This document shows, one piece after another, positions 1 to 19,094 of a DNA stretch of 64,000 nt. The notes beneath the pieces are model-generated. The model did no database searches. It was not told the origin of the DNA and was given only the letters and a program-made list of their open reading frames with translations. Location of the stretch: positions 124,001-188,000 of the forward strand of contig JAPEUI010000004.1 of NCBI GenBank assembly GCA_026025075.1. The letters run 5' to 3'. The position numbers and the translations under genes were made by a program. The first letter of the stretch is position 1, and each line of letters starts with the position of its first letter. The stretch is from Vezdaea acicularis. Taxonomy: Eukaryota.

Positions 1-3000
1 GGAAGAGACCGTAGCTTTTATGGAGCATGTGGAGCCGCACATGCCATGGGTAGTCGTCAACGGTGTTCAATGTCTTGACTTGAGCAAAGGCTCTACCAAA
101 ATAAGGGGTAAGTGTTTTCATACCAATTCTAAGACCTCTGTCTAATCCTCTCGCAGTTAACAAAGGTGCTGGCCAACCTTGGCTTCGTGAAATCGATAAA
201 AGACTTAGCGGATGGAAATTCTGTGAACTAATGAGTCTTGACGATAATTTCTTCAAGAGTGAGTTTCCCTCGAGAATTTGGACTTGTATCTACTGTTTGC
301 TCGAAGCTCCTGTTCTAGCGGCCCTATCATTGTTACCCATCTTACTAACAACTTCTATAAGATACCCCAGATAAAAGAAATGAAAAGGAACCCTTTGAAA
401 GCCAATCCTCGCCTTGGACGTCTAGCACGATCCCTTCCTTGGAGGATACACCACCCATGCCCCTTGAACTGAGAGGTAAAGATTGGCTTTCGCCGCTGCC
501 GCGAAAGTCTAGCAATCTTACTGCAGGGGTTTCGTGGGAACGTATAGGAGCGAAGCCGGTTGTATACTCTCCAAAAGCACAGTCCTCTCCATTTCCGGCC
601 GTACCGGCCTTTCCATCACTCGCCAATGAGCAAGCATCACCCTTCGGATCTTTGCTAAAGGCTGAGCAAGACAAAAGCTCAAAGGCATCGTCTAATGCCT
701 CGCCCATCTTCAGCAACTCCTTAAAGAAGACCACCCGAGAGGCATCATCTTCAAATATATTCTCCACCAATCCAAACGACCTTTCACGTTCCATCGGACA
801 GTCTAACCCTTTTTCTCAATTCACCTCGTCTTCGCCACCCTCCGTCCTCCAGGGTGGTGCCCTGTCTTTTACTCCTGCTCCCCTGACCAATATCTTTGGT
901 TTACCTATAAGCGCGCCGCCAACAACTTCCAACAATCTCTTCTCGAAAGATTCAACACCCTCAACCACCAGCACTCTTTTTTTCCCTCCGTCAGTCTCTG
1001 CCGCAACCCAATACTCACAGCCTTCACAACCCTCAACTTTCAAGACCACGTCTCCCGTTGGAAGTAACCCTTTTTCCACATTCAAGAACACTCCGACGGC
1101 CACCTCAAGCTCCGCAATATTTGGTGCGACAAGTACGGGACTACCTGGCGTAGGCGTTTCCAAGACAGCAGTATCGACGCCTGCGTCCTCTCCTTTCGCA
1201 TATTTACTCCCGAACGAACCGGCGTCCCAGCCTACTACTAGTCTTGACGCTACTAAACCCATCGCCCCCAAACCGATATTTGATAGCGTTCTGAGTGCGT
1301 CTCCTTCAGCGGAACAAGAGCCAAATGCGCTTCCAACCCAACCTTTCGTCTTCACCTTCAATGCTGGGCAAACCTCTGTAGCACCAGTTTCATTAGCTAC
1401 ATCAACAAGCAACCAAGTTTTGCCAGGTTTGCAACCTAACAGTGGCTCTGCGCAATCTGCTTCGCCAAAGTTAACGCCTACTCCAGCTATTGTGGAGGGT
1501 GGCCCTTTTCCAAAGGCAGAAAAACCGCCGACTCCAATACCTATCACGTCAACCATGCCAAATAGTAGCCCTCAAGTTATTAGGACAACTAGCAGCCCCC
1601 AAGAAGGTGAAGGGTCCAGTAAGGATGAAATCGGTTCAGAATCGCTTGCCACACTGAATGCGTGGCATTCAAACCACTTCGACGATCTCGATATTAGTAT
1701 AGAGGAGGAAGAAGGTCTGGCTCAGCGAGCTGGTTGCACACGTCTTCAGGTCTCCCGCTGGCTTTCAATGATGCGGAAAGGATCTGCAAGCTCGCCTACC
1801 AGTGTAGTAAAGACATCCCTGTCTAATGGCATTCGTAGCAAAGCTCAGCCGGTCACGGATTCAGCCAAGGAGCAGCAGCTGACGCCTGTTGAGCGAGAAA
1901 TAGTCCCAGAGGTGGATCCACATTTTGTCGATGGACCAGGTGAGTTTCATTGCTTCAAGACTGCAATTGCTAGCTAATTATCCAAAGAGTGGGATGCAGG
2001 TATTCAGCAACGTGGGCTTCAAGCACGGGCTCAACTAAGGGAGTCTGCGTGGAGAAATCGTCAATGGACTCCGTTCTCACAGAAGAAGAGGAACAGGCGT
2101 GGCCTCCATCCCGCAAATGGTACTTCCGAGGCGACTCGAGAACTAATTTGCGCGCCTCTGCCATTGTCAGAATTATTTTTACAAGTCGTACATAAGGAAT
2201 TTGTGAAGAAACAAGCAGGAGGGGGCAAGTGGGCAATGGCAGCAATGACAAATGACCCGAAAACAAATTTCTGGTTTCACAACAAGTTCGGTGTCTATGA
2301 TAGAAAAGATCCTTCTGGCTCCGTGGTCAGATACCTATCCCAGGATACTCAATTTGCAGTCTTCGGGGATCTAAAACCGAAAGACGCAGACTTGTTGACT
2401 GAGATTGGATGTTTGGTCTTTAGTTGCTCGGCAGACTACACTAAGCCGTCGTTAGAGCGGTTCAACTCTGATCGAGATATCTTGCATGGACTCCTTCGAG
2501 TCATATGCGAGAACAGCCAGTACAAAAACGTTGCCTTGACTGTACTGTGTTATCGTTCTCCTCTTGACGACGTTGAGACGGACGATTCTGATCTATTCCG
2601 GAGCAGTGATGGGGAGAGATCGAAGCGATTAGCTGAAGTAGGTTCCCCACGTCTTCGCATTTTGTATTGAACATTTACGGGCTCCAGCTAAAGCTTCTCT
2701 TAGATCTCTAGGAGGCTCGATTTTCAGTCCCTTCCAGCCAACATAATTGGTCGTGAAGTTGTCTTAATTGAGAATATTGAAGACCTTAGCAATCTCCAAT
2801 TGGCGATGGAACGACTTGTAGATCTTGTTCCGCAAACCATGAGCTCTGACCTAGCAGACTTCTATAAAGCTGAGGCATCCAAGGAGAAAAAGATCCGCGA
2901 TGCTGAATTCGATAACTCAGGATCAGTTTTGCTGATTGCCCCGCCAAGCCAGAGCAGCCGACGAATGTCTGCGCCTATTGCCAAGTCTCGAAAGAAGCGT

Positions 3001-4305
3001 AAAGAGAGTCCGCAGGCGCATGATGATACCAGTTCCATTAGCTCAAAACGAGTTCGCGTCAATGGGGGCAGAAGTACCACTGCTAGGAGACCCCGTTCAA
3101 GTACCGTTGGTAATACTACAAGAACATCTGCCACGGCTTCTCTCAGAGGAACACCAGAATCAAGTCACACTTCACCTGGAATATCACCTCGGTCATCTGT
3201 TCTTCTCGGCTCCGGCTTTCTGTCAGGTAGATCTACGGTTGGTAGGTCTGCAGCTTTAGAAGAAAAAAGTAGCGAGGGGACTTGGCAAGACAGCACTATT
3301 TCAAGCTACTGGCGCAACAAAATCTCAGGCGTTCAAGACGTTCTACAAAACGTCAAGGAGCAAACGAAGAGAAAACGCATAAGTGAAGCAGAAATTCCCA
3401 TCAGAAGCGCAAAGGAGGTCGTTGAAGATCAGCGAGCCAGCTCCCCACCAAAGCGAAAACGCTTCAGCGGCAACTCGCTTGACGCTGCGTTGAAGCCAAG
3501 GGCTAGAGCCACGCCGCCTACACCGGAAGAGAGAGATCGCGAACTTCTAGACCGAGGCAAACGCCTTCTTGCGTCCTTCCGCGCCAATGAGCGCGCCGAG
3601 ATGGCACACGTACGAGAACAGCATCGTCGCCAGCGAGAAGCTGAACACAAAGCCAAGTTTCCAGGCCGAACCTCTCTATGGGAAAGATCCGAGGCTGCCT
3701 ATAAAAGACATCTACAGACCCTGCAAACAGAAAGATCGGGAAGGACGTCGGCTTTGAGCTCTAGGGAAGGCTCACGAGGGCTATACGACATGAGCCCCGC
3801 GCCAGCGCCTCGGCCGGAGTCCCAACTAGTTCCGTCATCACCATCGCAGCCAAATCTACGAGCTGAGCTCAAGCAGAAGCCTCAGCAAGCCACAACTGCT
3901 CCCATTGTGATCGACATCCTGAGCTCTGATGAGGAGGAGGATCAGGGACATCAACAGGCTTATACTCGCGAAACCACTAGAGCGACTACGGCGGAGGATC
4001 CGCGGCTCTTAGACACAAATTCTTATGAAGATGACGTAGAGCATGGCTCTGGTAGGGCGGGCCTGTCTAACGATGTGTACGAGATGGGAGGTGATGATGT
4101 CCTCGAGGAGTTTATCGAGTACGAGGAAGTCGATGGAGAGGAGGAAGGATCTGACGCCGTCGAAGGCGGCGAAGAAGAATTAGAGGATGAGGAAGTGGAA
4201 GAAGAAGATGACGCAACTGGTCACCACGCCGGAGCAGATCAAGTCTACGAAGTCGAAGATCTGGAAGCAGAGGAAAACCTTCGATCTTCCTCGGAGCTAA
4301 GCTAA
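1..4305 (+). CDS. Sac3/GANP-like mRNA export factor (TREX-2 scaffold), 5' end outside window; multi-exon
   Basis: Exons <1-107 and 157-259 read EETVAFMEH...NGVQCLDL...QPWLREIDKRLSGW, resembling the end of the fungal SAC3/GANP winged helix. A S/T/P/F-rich region follows (ORF 439-1977, with SNPF and FG words). Introns 1940-1987 and 2638-2703 join in frame to PLPLSELF...KWAM...FWFHNKFG (GANP C-terminal-like) and a basic then acidic tail ending at 4305. The junction at 260-361 is unresolved. Confidence 0.55.
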
Positions 4306-5239
4306 GCTAAGTGGAGTTTACGGGCCTTCTCAAACGGGTTTTTTTCTTGTATTGGAAAGAGGGGCATTCTGTCTGGATTTTTTCCATCAGCGTGAGCATT
4401 CACCGGCGTTTTCCTTCTTTCCGGCATTGTAGCTTGGACGGTGTTTTCTCCTTCTGTTGAGCTCTTGTGGCATGGGAAAGCGTTAATCAATGGATGGTTG
4501 GGCGGGCGAGGTTAGTTTAGCATCACTGCTATTCCCTGCAAGTGGGGTATGCGGTCTAGATTCTGTTGCTGTTTCCAAGAATACGAGAATCGTTTAGAAC
4601 GGCGTGGCATATTGTCTTCGTGAACATATTCTTGGTCTCAATCACATACTAAGCATGGACCACTGGTCGGTTGGGGGAGAGGGGGCGCTGCTCCGCCACT
4701 ATTTGCTGAATCGCCCAATGGCGGTGCTTCCATTCCTTCGCCCTAAGGGCAGATACCCCTCTTCACACGGCTGAAAGGTCGTCCTGATCAGACGCTAGAA
4801 CGCTAGAGGGAGAGTGTCCATGAAACGAGGTGAAGACGAACAAAAAGTGGGGGCGGGGAGGGGGAGGTGGGGATGGGGGGAAAAGAAGCGAAAGTGATAG
4901 CACGCATGCAGGGGCCTCCCAGAGACGAGACGAGAAGAAATGATGAGCAAGAAAACGCTAAACGAAGAAAGTTTTGCAAATGAATCCGAATAGAATGGAC
5001 GGCTGGCCTCTCCATAGAAGAAAAGGGAGGTGTGGGAGGTGGGGGGGAAATCGTCTAGCAATTAAGACAGAGAAGGAAAAGGAAAAGAAAAATCCCCCAA
5101 ATCCATGCACTAGATTTTGAGGCTTCGGCAAAAATGCCAAGAATCTGAGAAGATGCTGTCTATAGGGTCATTTTTCCTCATATCGTGCTCGTTAAAAGTT
5201 CGTTTGTGGCAAGCAGCAGTCAGCGATTGCCGAGCCTGC

Positions 5240-7339
5240 TCAATCGTTCTCACAGTTTTCTAGGCTCTCGCTCATGCCGACATGTATGCTATAGTCAGTG
5301 CCGAAGGATCCCCGGTCTGGGACGTTGTGGTGATGCTGACTGCTCGTGCGGAATGATGAAAGATGTCCAGCGGCATCGTTGTGGTGGTGGTTATGCCCGT
5401 TCCGCGCCATTAAAGGGTTGGGTAGCGTCTGTAGGCCCTGTTGCAGACTTTGCAACATTGGCGGCGGAAGCTGTGAATGATATGTGGATTGCTGGTGGGA
5501 TAGATGAGATACAGGAGTGGGATTAAAATTCTGGAAGGAAGGGAAGCTTGAGGCGTAAGGGGAGGAGGGCCAGCTGCTCTGCGTGTTCGCTGAGCTCGTT
5601 GGAATCGAGCTTGCGTTAGCCTCGTAGTTAGTGGGCATCAACTCGCCATGGTAAGTCTGCGACCGTTGAGGAGCCATCATTCGAGGTTGATGCCAGTCAT
5701 AGCTAGGAGATGTTAGGGCACTCTGGCCCAGAGGTGGAGGAGGACTAATGGGTGATTGCTGGGTTAGATGGTAAGATGTCGTTTCGTAGCCATTCGGACC
5801 CGTAACCGATGAACGGATTTCTGAGAAATTACTATAACGGTTGGACGGCGGGATCGTCGAATCTAGGACACGATGGTCCATTAGGGAAGTGTGTCGTACG
5901 CTGCCACCAAGAGGAGGACGATCAGTCGGACTGCAGATGGCAGACGGTGACGAAATATGTGAGGGCGCTCGAGATTGCTGCATGCTTGTATTCGCGAGTC
6001 CTTGATCCAGGCCTCGACGCTGGTTTTTGCTCGGGGTTTCCGAGCCGTCGGACGAGTCCCTCTTACGGCGATTGCCAGTCTTGCTCTTTGAATTTTTCTT
6101 CTCCAGCTCGCACACGTATACTGTAGTGTTCGCATCAAAATCACCATCCAAATACCCAGACTCTTTTGTGGCTATTCTGTAGACTTCCGCTAAGATTGAC
6201 CGTTTACTCTCATCTATTTGTGAACCAACTTCTGTTGTTGCCTTCTGAAGATCGGATATCTTGAGTGGGTCGTTCGGCTTGACGGCTTTCCTGAGTATTG
6301 TCTTCGCCAGAGCCATGCGCGCTGAACACTGGTCAGTGCAAGAATGATCCTCGTGGTCCATCAAACTTACCATCATAATTCAGGTGGTCGGGCTCTATGT
6401 GCTCTGCTTCAGGTGGCCACCATGGAGGCTTCGTCTCAGTTCTTCCCTTGTATGGGTACTTTGACTGTTTCCTAGGCTCCACGACCTTGATCCAAGCTTT
6501 ACAGATAACCTTCAGTGGAAGCTGTTGAATTGCGTGCAGACGTGTGTGATAGTACTCTTCAATCTTGTTTTCATCCCCTATCAACATTTCCAACTGTGGA
6601 GGAGGTTGATTGATATATCCAATGGAGCTATCGTCGTCACCCTCGAGGGCGCTTTCCGATTCACCCGATGGTGAATGTTGCCATGTTCGTGCGGCGAGCG
6701 GACGACCTGAATCTTTGCTATCATACCAAGGTGAGTATCCATTACTTTGCGAGCCTCTCATCGGCATTCGTTGCTCTGGAGGTGGAATACTGCTCAACCG
6801 CCTCTGTTGCGAGAATCCAAGGTCATCACCAGTCCTCTGGGACAGATTCAGATGATGAGACTGTGGACCTGAGAAAATGAGAAGGAGGACGAGAATTGGA
6901 GGATGATATTCTACGGGGCATACGAACCTGTATCAGAATCCAACAATTTCAATGTGGTCCTGCAGAAGTTCTTCGATTCCTGGGGGTCGAAAATGTTAGT
7001 TGGCGATTGATGAACTGCATCGGAGGTGAAAGTCCTTGTTCTCCCTTGTTCATCGACGATCATCAGGGCGTAGGCTCGGTGGGGTGGTAAGCAGTCCTTC
7101 AGAGCCTTGGAGATTGCGTCCTGATCACATTCAGATGCGGGCCCTTGAGCATTTGACAGGTTCTTCAAAGTATCAAATACTTGAAGTCTGCTACACGAGA
7201 GATGCCATTGACCATGAACTAGACTTACCTGATGCTCTGCGGTCGGGGGACCTCCCGCATCTCCCCTCGAATGGGACTGTGGATTCTGAATCCCATTAAT
7301 GCCATCCCTTGACCTCTCCCGCTTCAATTTCCTGACCAT
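5240..7339 (-). CDS. YDR124W-like / DUF2841 family protein
   Basis: Motif YYHTRLHAIQQLPLKVICKAWIKVVEPRKQSKYPY...KPPWWP...HIEPDHL is typical of the family. Introns 6927-6869 and 6370-6322 join three ORFs in frame (...EPDHLNYD/ARMALAKTILR). A further intron is possible near 7228. Confidence 0.8.
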
Positions 7340-8856
7340 GACATGAACACCCGAGCAGTCGAAACTCCCGGGTGGGGACTGTGACGAGAGGTGGGGTTGG
7401 CGAATGGGTGGTTATCGAACACACGTGGGTCCTATTGGCGGTCGATCCGGCGAATCACTAGAGAATGTTGAACGTGCCGGTCTTTCCATCCAGATGGATT
7501 CCACATCAGACGCCGCGATGGTAGAACGAGGTGGCGCAAAGCTGAGCACACTCATCCGCTATCTCTCATGCTACTCCCGTGCACCCTTTAAAGGATGTTG
7601 CGTCCGCACGCCGACCAAATGCCAGACGCTCGATCGGCTGAGAACTTAGCGGAGGGCCCGTGGTACAAACACCTCACAGCGAACGACCACCGCAACGAGA
7701 AGGGCTAGGACTCAATCAAGCGGGCCGAGCCGACTCAGCGAGCATCGAGGTGGTGCTGTATTCTGCCTCGAGGGAAGAACGAATGGCAGGTCTGAATCCG
7801 GCGCCGAGGACTGGTGAAGTATCTCTCGTGTGGGACTGGTGTGGGAGTACGTCGACAAAAAACGTGGCCGTCGCGTGATTGCGACCCTAAGGATGACCCG
7901 ACCGGGTGAGAGCCAACCCGATTTTGAAGTTGGCAAGCGGCGTGGGGAAGAGGAACGGGAGGAAGAGGGTCGTCGGCGAGTGAATTGGGGGAAATCGTCC
8001 GAGCTCTGTGTTCCCACGGTGCTCGCGAACTAGTTGTTCGCCTACGGCCGCGGTGGGTGAGTAGCGGCCTAGTGGCGCTAGAGATGGTTCGACGCTTGTG
8101 GACTGAGCCGTCGCTCGCCGATGTGCTAAGGGCCTATCGTTCGTGCTGCGGATACGGCGCCTGAGTCTCGCGAGCCGCGATAAAGAGATGACGCTCCCGA
8201 CGTCCGATGTCTGCCGGCGTCAACAGTTTGCGAGCAGGGAGGCCCGGCCCTTGTCACTTGACCTCGATCGTCAAAGGGTGTGTTACAATAGAGGTAGCTG
8301 GCAACAGGACAGGGCTGTTGATAAAAATCGGAGCCTAGTCTTGTGATAGGACTGCTCTTCCTGTCGCCAGCCGGTTCTGGAGCCGGTGGCGGTACGAGAG
8401 GTGAATTGAGCGACTCTAACGACGTTCTGTCACCAAGCGCGTCAATGAACGAGCATACACGCTGGCGTGTGAGATGGGACGCACAACGAAGGAAGATGGA
8501 TGGCGGTGACGGCGGATGACCGTTAAGATATATATACTTCCCTGGCCTCGGGCCGTGGGCATCGAGCAAAGGACGAGAGGGACGGGCGACCTCGAGAGCC
8601 TTTACGACGGCACAGGCCCGCCGCAAATGGGGGCAGTCATGAGAGCGGCAACCCTCTCGTGCCCTCCCACCTCCATGGCCCGCCGCAAGCACTGCTTCTG
8701 ATAGTCGAGAGAGCCACCACCTCTAGGTCCGGCGCAAAGGCCGACGCAATAGCGCGTGTCAAGGGTCCGAGCGCTGCAAGAAGACTCGGACCCTCCTGGC
8801 CTCTCACCAGCGACAGGCGGGACCGCGGCAGTCGTCCACCGGCCGGTACGGGATAC

Positions 8857-8927
<71 letters not shown>
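8857..8927. repeat. Perfect hexanucleotide microsatellite (GGGCAT)11+
   Basis: Eleven exact GGGCAT units plus a partial unit. Confidence 0.98.
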
Positions 8928-10989
8928 AAATGTCCTGGGTCCGCCGGTAGCCGTGCTAGACGTGTTTGCCCCCCTTTGCGCATGCGGTTTCCAGCTCGCC
9001 CTGGCATACCAGCCATGCCATTTCACTTTCCTGTCCCTTTCTTTTCTTTTTCTCCCTCGCGCTGCAGGCCATCCTTTCTTTCCGCACGCCTTGCTTTTCT
9101 CGCCTACCTTAGCGCCACACAAGCTTCCCTCCACAGCTCGTTCGGACAGGGATGGCCGGAGCCGATCATACGCCAATGGCGGCACATGCATCACTGGAAG
9201 CGAGGTCTCTGCTCGATGATACGTTGCAAGTCACAGAGCCCTTAGGGGGCTGCGTCCAGACCGGACGGAAGTTGGGGAAGGAGCCTTGGGTGGGCCAATT
9301 GTCTGCCGATGCTTCATCCAATCACGAGGAGAAGGACCATGCGGCAGGTGGCATCATGGCTCGTGGCGATCAGTCATGGTTCACGGTGATCAGTCAAGCA
9401 CAAGAACTCCTTCGCTCTCCCTAATGATGGCTCAAGTCCGGTCATCAGAGCACGCTCCTGAGCTATGCATCCCAGGCCGGCCCTACCTAGCTTCTGCGTG
9501 GATAGTATGGAAAGGCCATTCATCTTATTGGCTTAAAAAAAATGTCTCCATGGTATGGGTCGGCGCATATATAGAGTAAGGGCAGAATCGAGGCCACGCG
9601 TACGTACGAACACGTCTAAGCCCTCCACATCCTTGGGAAAAATAAAAAATTTCTGCCGCAGGGTGTCCTTTGATCGATTGCTATGGCCGATTGCCATGGT
9701 CCTTTTGAGTGGGAAAGAGCGATCGCGGCATGGGCGTGCAATCGCCAGATCCCAGACAGAGGACAGGGGAGGGAGGGTGGTTCTCTGAACGACAATCAAC
9801 GACGCATCTGCCATGAACTGCACATCATTCCATCCCACGACTGCGGTTGCATTGCTTCTGAGCAGCGTATTCCCAAACGAAGGGCGATCCAGGGAATAGC
9901 GTGGTCAGTACCCGGTTTCGAAAGCGACGGTATCTCGGCTCGATGCCTCGGTCGTGCGCCAGTCGACCCGGTCGGCCAATTACCCGGCCCTCCATCTCAT
10001 GCCAATCTGCAAATGATCGCAAGGGGAAACCACCATCTTTTTCTCCGTATCTCGTCAAACGGATCTCGGCAGTCGCATCCGCGAAGCCCTAACTCCACCA
10101 CCTGGCGTCAGAATGAGGTCGTCGTGGCCGAGTCTTATAGACGGGTAGACCGCCGTAGTGGTCGGGACCGGCGTTACACGGAAGAGCCTCATGCGCTCGC
10201 CCACGAAACTCTTCTCACGAGCACCCGCAGAACCGGATGATGGCAGAATGTCGGCGTCCCTCAAACATGCGACCAGCGGCCGAGAGACAGGCGTTCATGC
10301 AATTTCGCAAGTGCCATGCCAGAATGGATGGACAATTGCGTTTGCACGGACGGACGGACGAGCGCATCCGCCACCTCATGGAAATGGCGCTTGTGTGACC
10401 GTGCGGAGGATCAGCCGCGCAAGGGGGGGGGGGGAATAAGGCCAGGCTAGATTCGCCCCGAATTCCGAGTGGAGCGTGACTGCGGAAGGGGGAGGCAATC
10501 CGGTGTACATCGTTCGACCAACCAGATCGTGCTCATGAACAACCTGCTCAGACCACCGCCCTTGTCGCCCTTTGGCATCGGGGGCCACACCTATGCAATG
10601 ATTGGCTACGATAGTGACGGAGCCTCTTCCCCACTTTGACGCCAAACCAAACGTCTCTGTTGTCTGCGTCGTGGCGTACTTGCCTACGACTTGGCTTCCA
10701 TTTCCTCCCCCCCGGCCTCCCCCCCCCCCTTCTCCTCCTTCTCCCAACTCGATACAATACTAGCCAGCATCGGCAACTGCAGCAGAGCCAGCAACGACGG
10801 GGGAAAACACCCGCCCATGCCGACCTCTCCATGGGATTCTGGGACATGGTCTTTCTATCTCACACCATGCCGCTATAGAATCCTAGCCAATAGGGAAAGG
10901 ACGAACGCCACCATCCGATGCATTGGCAAATAAAGGAGATGGCAACCGACACGCGCGATTGCCCGACGCACCCGCACTTGCTTTCCGCG

Positions 10990-16192
<5,203 letters not shown>

Positions 16193-16871
16193 GCCGGTCG
16201 CTCCAAAGAAATTAGGCTCAGATCAGCGAATATTAGAGACGCTGAAAGGCATAGGAGAGCAAATCTAGTTGGCCGGGTATCGGTCAGGTTTAAACGGTGG
16301 TGGGGGGCGGCCGGAAGATAACTGAGCAATGTCAGCACGACCGAAAAAGTTCCGAGCTTCAAGCTGCCGCTACCGGACGCGCATCGAGAGCCGCAGAATC
16401 TTTTGCTAGTCACGAAGCATCAGACCACAGAAAACATACCTTTACCCGCGGAGTAAGCAGATACCAATTCAAATTTATCTCAGCTTTAAAGGATGTAGCT
16501 GCCTCACTGCAAACAAAACAATTCGTTTGGGTATAACTAGTGCAACTTGCGTTGTTGCTGCCTGGGAACATCAACCCAAGATCTCGGGTCAGGGATCCTT
16601 GACGACCGTGCATTGCCCTTGTCCGCTTGAGACCTTCAGACTATGATGGGTCGAAAGAGCTTACACGCACCAAATCTACTCCATTAACCCAGAGTGCAGT
16701 TCTCGGAATCAGAAATCTAGGCCTTCATGAAAGACTTCCGTTAAAAAGAGAGGGATTGTTCTTTCTCCAAAATCAATGCCTATGTACTAGGGGAGAGGTC
16801 CACTGGTGACGTCGCTGGTGACGGGAAATTTTGGCGAGGTACTTGTACTTCCCCTGCCTTTTGTTCCTCCA

Positions 16872-18946
16872 ATGGCAGGAAAAAGATTGCTTGATATAGC
16901 TGCACTGTACGGTGCCTCAAGGTCGGTGTTGAAAATACATTCAGTTCAACGGATGCAACAGATTGATGCCTTCAGCAAGACATCTACCTTAATCAAAAAA
17001 CCTGAAGGTCAAGCTGCGTTTGCGGAAGACCGACAACGACACGAACAACCTCAGCGAGCGGATAGAGTCACTTCGGGATTACCTGACAGCCTCTCTACAG
17101 ATCACGATGAGGATGTTCACTACACTCGGTATTCGCCTTCAGAATCCATAAAACGTCCACTACCGCAAACAAAAATCCCCAAAGAACCCCAGAACTTTCA
17201 AGGCAGAGGCCAACATGTTGATGAGAATGGGTTGAATTCTGACGTCTTCTATACCTCGGAAGACAAATTGTCTTCGAAGCTACCTCCAAGCATCGCCGCG
17301 ATACCTGAGCAGGACCAGCCTCATAGCTTAAACACGGATGTATTCCGTAGTTCTCGAGTGGCTCAAATCCTTGGTGGCCAGTCCACTTCGAAACCAGAGA
17401 CCCAAAGAATTGAAACAAAGCCAATCACAACGCTAATTCCTACGGACAGGGCTGAAATTGCAGACGGTCGCAATCAAGACGTATCTACTGTGGAGAATAG
17501 TAAACAAGAAAATCAAATCACACCCGAAACGACCCTCACTCCTGAACCTCCTTTATACCAGCTACAAGAATCCCGAGTACCTTCTACCCGCATTGGACGT
17601 TTGTGGCAGTATGGGGGTCTCGCAACGAGTATGGCTATTGGCACTGTGAGTGAAGGACTGCGTCGAGCAAGTGGGGGAGCTTCAGAGGGGTCTCTAATCC
17701 TTAGCCCTGCTAATATGGAGCGACTGGTTCGCAAGCTCTCTCGTATGAGAGGGGCTGCATTAAAACTAGGCCAAATGATGAGCTTTCAAGGTTCGTTATT
17801 ACATATGCCCCTCGCCCCTCAAGAAGCCTGCGCTTGACATAAGGTTCAGATTCAAAGATGCTCCCAGCGCCAATTGCAGAAGTTCTCTTGCGAGTCCAGG
17901 ACAGCGCCGATTTTATGCCAGCATCGCAAAGAGATGCAATACTGTCTAAGAATCTGGGTAGTGAATGGAGATCCCTATTTTCATCGTTCGACGAAGTTCC
18001 AATGGCAGCTGCCTCCATTGGTCAAGTTCATGGCGCTGTTCTATCATCCACTGGCCAGCGTGTTGCTGTAAAGATCCAGTATCCCGGCGTGGCCAGTTCG
18101 ATTGATTCGGACTTAAACAACCTAGCCGTGCTGCTTAAAACTTCACGCCTTCTTCCCAAAGGCCTCTATCTTGACAAAACAATCGCAAATGCTCGGACGG
18201 AGCTGGGGTGGGAATGCGATTATGTACGAGAGGCTCAGTGTGGACGAAAATTCAAAGAACTTCTCTCGGATGAGACAGACGTCTTTACTGTGCCAGCCAT
18301 AGTAGATGAGGCCTCTGGCTCACAGGTACTTACAATGGAGCGGATGGAGGGCATCGCAGTCACCAAAATCCGTACATTCACCCAGGACCAGAAAGACTGG
18401 ATCGGCACACAGATCCTCCGCTTGTGTCTAAGAGAAATCATGCAGTTTAAATACATGCAGACAGACCCGAACTGGACTAACTTCTTATACAACGCCTCAT
18501 CGAAGAAGCTCGAGCTCCTTGACTTCGGAGCCTCTCGTGCTTATCCAGATAAGTTCATTGTCCCATATATTAAGGTCCTCGCTGCAGCAGCGCGAGGTGA
18601 TCGTAAAGCCATCGAAGGTTTGAGTGTCGAGCTGGGCTATTTGACTGGGCACGAAAGCAAAGCGATGCTCAACGCGCACATCGATAGCGTGCTTACGCTA
18701 GCGGAGCCATTTCGAGAGTCAAGCCCTGAGATTTACGACTTTGAGGGTCAGGATGTGACCGAAAGAGTGCGACAGCTTATACCGGTTATGGTGCGAGAGA
18801 GGTTAGCACCACCACCCGAGGAGACATACAGTCTCCATCGGAAACTCAGCGGAGCTTTCTTGCTATGCGCGAAGCTGGGTAGTAAGGTGAAGTGTAAGGA
18901 GATGTTTTCCAACGCAATAGAAAAAAGTGGTGTCAGCATCATCTGA
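16872..18946 (+). CDS. COQ8: ABC1/UbiB-family atypical kinase, coenzyme Q biosynthesis
   Basis: Motifs [23 protein letters not shown] (KxGQ), [27 protein letters not shown] and LLDFGA. One intron at ~17790-17849. ATG at 16872. Confidence 0.93.
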
Positions 18947-19094
18947 ACGATACAGAGTTGCGTTTTTTAATTGGTATCTATATAAAGAGACACGAATCTA
19001 CCTCCTCCGAACTCCACTGATGCTTACAAGCCATACTCCATGCATCCGAATAAGACATTTACGTAAGTCATCTGCAATCATTATCAAACAACAA

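Noticed and set aside
8659..9219. ORF with a (GH)n repeat suggesting a metal-binding peptide near YCF1, plus the (CP)n, (MP)n and (HA)n ORFs
   Set aside because: All are alternative readings of one perfect GGGCAT microsatellite with no synonymous variation, and the flanks are not protein-like.
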